64,000 nt of DNA, taken from positions 87,358,001 through 87,422,000 of the forward strand of contig OX638151.1 of the NCBI GenBank assembly GCA_951804945.1, read 5' to 3'. This stretch comes from Podarcis cretensis. Taxonomy: Eukaryota. Position 1 is the stretch's first letter. Every line of letters begins with the position of its first letter. The notes under the pieces were generated by a model. It worked only from the letters and a program-made list of their open reading frames with translations, searched no databases and was not told the origin of the DNA. Made by a program: the position numbers and the translations under genes. This document shows, one piece after another, positions 62,284 through 64,000 of this stretch.

Positions 62284-62515
62284 CTAAAATGTTATAAAAT
62301 AATTGTAAGTTATCAGTCCAGAAAATGCATTCATTTGGATTCATATCCAATCAGATCCTTGAGACTTGAGCTGGGGTAAAAATATGCTCATTTTAAAATG
62401 GCAAAAGTAAAATACAATATTGTAAATTTAAATATCCACTCCTTCCTTAAGCCTAGCCACAATATACTTGATTAATTGATAAGATCTTGGGCATGATCCA
62501 CTGAAACTGATGGGC

Positions 62516-62680
62516 AGGAGATTCAGGACAGACAAAAGTATTTCTTTCCATAGCATTTAATTAATTTATGGAATTCAGTACCAAAGGAAACTAGTGATGG
62601 TCACAAGCTCAGATGCCTTAAAGAGGGTTAGACATGGAGGATGAGCCTGTTAATGGTGAATAGTCATGATGGCTATTTCC
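62516..62680 (+). mobile_element. Decayed CR1 LINE ORF2 C-terminal fragment; a further CR1-like tail lies at about 63065-63225
   Basis: GGAGATTCAGGACAGACAAAAG...TATGGAATTC...GTGATGG...AGAGGGTTAGACA is typical of CR1 3' coding sequence. Confidence 0.55.
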
Positions 62681-63477
62681 CTGGACAGTTTACAGGGCAG
62701 GTATGATATAAAACACAGTAATTAAGATCAATGAAAAGTTAAAACAGACAGCAATTCTCCCCCCCCCCCTTGTAACAGTATAGAGAGTTCGCAGATTTAA
62801 AATACAATTGAAAAGCATGTGTGAACTTTCTAAACATCTGGGTAGGCTTGTCTATACAATAATGTTTTTACTCAGTGCGAAATAGAGCACATTGAAAGGG
62901 CCTGCTTGATATCAATAGGCAGGGAGTTTCAATTCTTACAAAAGCAGAATGGGTATTATGTGGCATCTGTTGTAATGCAAATTCTGCCAGCCTAAGTGGT
63001 TGATTGAAGCGCAAGACCTCTAAAGAGGATAAAACAAGGAGATCTTTCAGGTAACCTGGAAGCCACTGACCAGTAGCTGCTGAGGAGCAACAACAGGAGA
63101 GGGCGGTTGTCTTCAGCCTCTACTTGCCAGCTGTCCAAAGGCATCTGCTTGAACAATGTGGGAAACAGGATGTCAAACTTAAGCGGAGCTTCCGTTTGAT
63201 CCTGGAGAACTCTTATTATGTTCTTATTAATGCATGTTTATCACTTGATGACTGTTATATCAAGGGATGACTTGCATGTGTAAATGAGCTACCACAGATC
63301 AGTACATTTTGCTGCCCAAAATGATCCCCCCACCCACTACTAGGGCCAAAGTCTTGCCACACCAGTTCTCACCCTCATCTACCCTCCTACAACTTGCTGC
63401 ATTGTAGAACCAGCCCTGCTATACGTGGAGGTGTTTTCATTGAGTCAGTTCACACACCTGACTGCGCAGCAATCAAG

Positions 63478-63892
63478 TGTGGAGAAATCAAGAGGACAGG
63501 AGGTAATGTGGAAGTTGTATGTGTGGTGTTATATCTGGGATAGCTTTGTTACCATAAAGAAGCAATGCAGAAGAAAGAAGCAGCAGCTAAGCTAGCTGCT
63601 GGAGGCTGGAAAGCCAGACAGGATGTTTGTGACTGTTACCATGGCAATAAAGGGGCAGTCCATTCTCCGTATTGAGCACCGGATGTGAGCTCAGTGTGTG
63701 TCATATGATCTGTATAGGATGTACATGGGTGGAGTTTTGAGTTTCTCTCTGTTGTTCAAAGAGTGCAGACATCTTTGTATGTATGGCTGCTAAAGACAGA
63801 AATAAAGACATGTAAATACACTTCTGTCTGTCTGATTCCCCTCCCTGGGGATATGCAGGGAGGAGGAGAAGCAGTGGTGTGTTTTTCTCACA
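63478..63892. mobile_element. Possible LTR-like repeat
   Basis: Termini TGTGGAGAAA...TTTCTCACA and internal AATAAA. No TSD or PBS recognised. Confidence 0.3.
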
Positions 63893-64000
63893 GTCTGGGA
63901 AAAATCGCCGATACGGACCTCATCTGTTTTCCTGCCGGGAGTCGCGGGAGGGAGGTCAAAAGGAATTCAGCCGGTGCCTGGAGACTGGCACATTCCTCTG

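Overview
This is eukaryotic, intron-rich DNA from a squamate. It is most likely a lacertid lizard, judged from a Sauria/POM-type SINE, lacertid-type L2 3' ends and Tigger/hAT MITEs. The window lies inside one minus-strand gene, RIMS1 (RIM1, presynaptic active-zone scaffold). I traced 16 GT-AG exons that join in frame and match the vertebrate RIMS1 protein as I recall it: C2A domain (62283-60520), Ser/Arg-rich linker with the splice-site-B cassette array, RIM-BP-binding RQLPQVP motif (29779-29667) and the start of the splice-site-C region (13400-9554). The 5' exons (Zn-finger, PDZ) and the 3' exons (C2B) are outside the window. The most interesting signal is a set of extra frame-preserving cassette or microexon candidates absent from the canonical isoform as I remember it. 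The best are 5062-5205, 38381-38458, 25387-25464 and 24844-24873, several flanked by RBFOX, QKI or SRRM4-type motifs. Splicing 25387-25464 directly to 24844-24873 would create a TAA stop at the junction. The rest is transposons, microsatellites and a 210-N gap. Nearly all ORFs in the supplied track are spurious. Human comparisons are from memory; no search was run.
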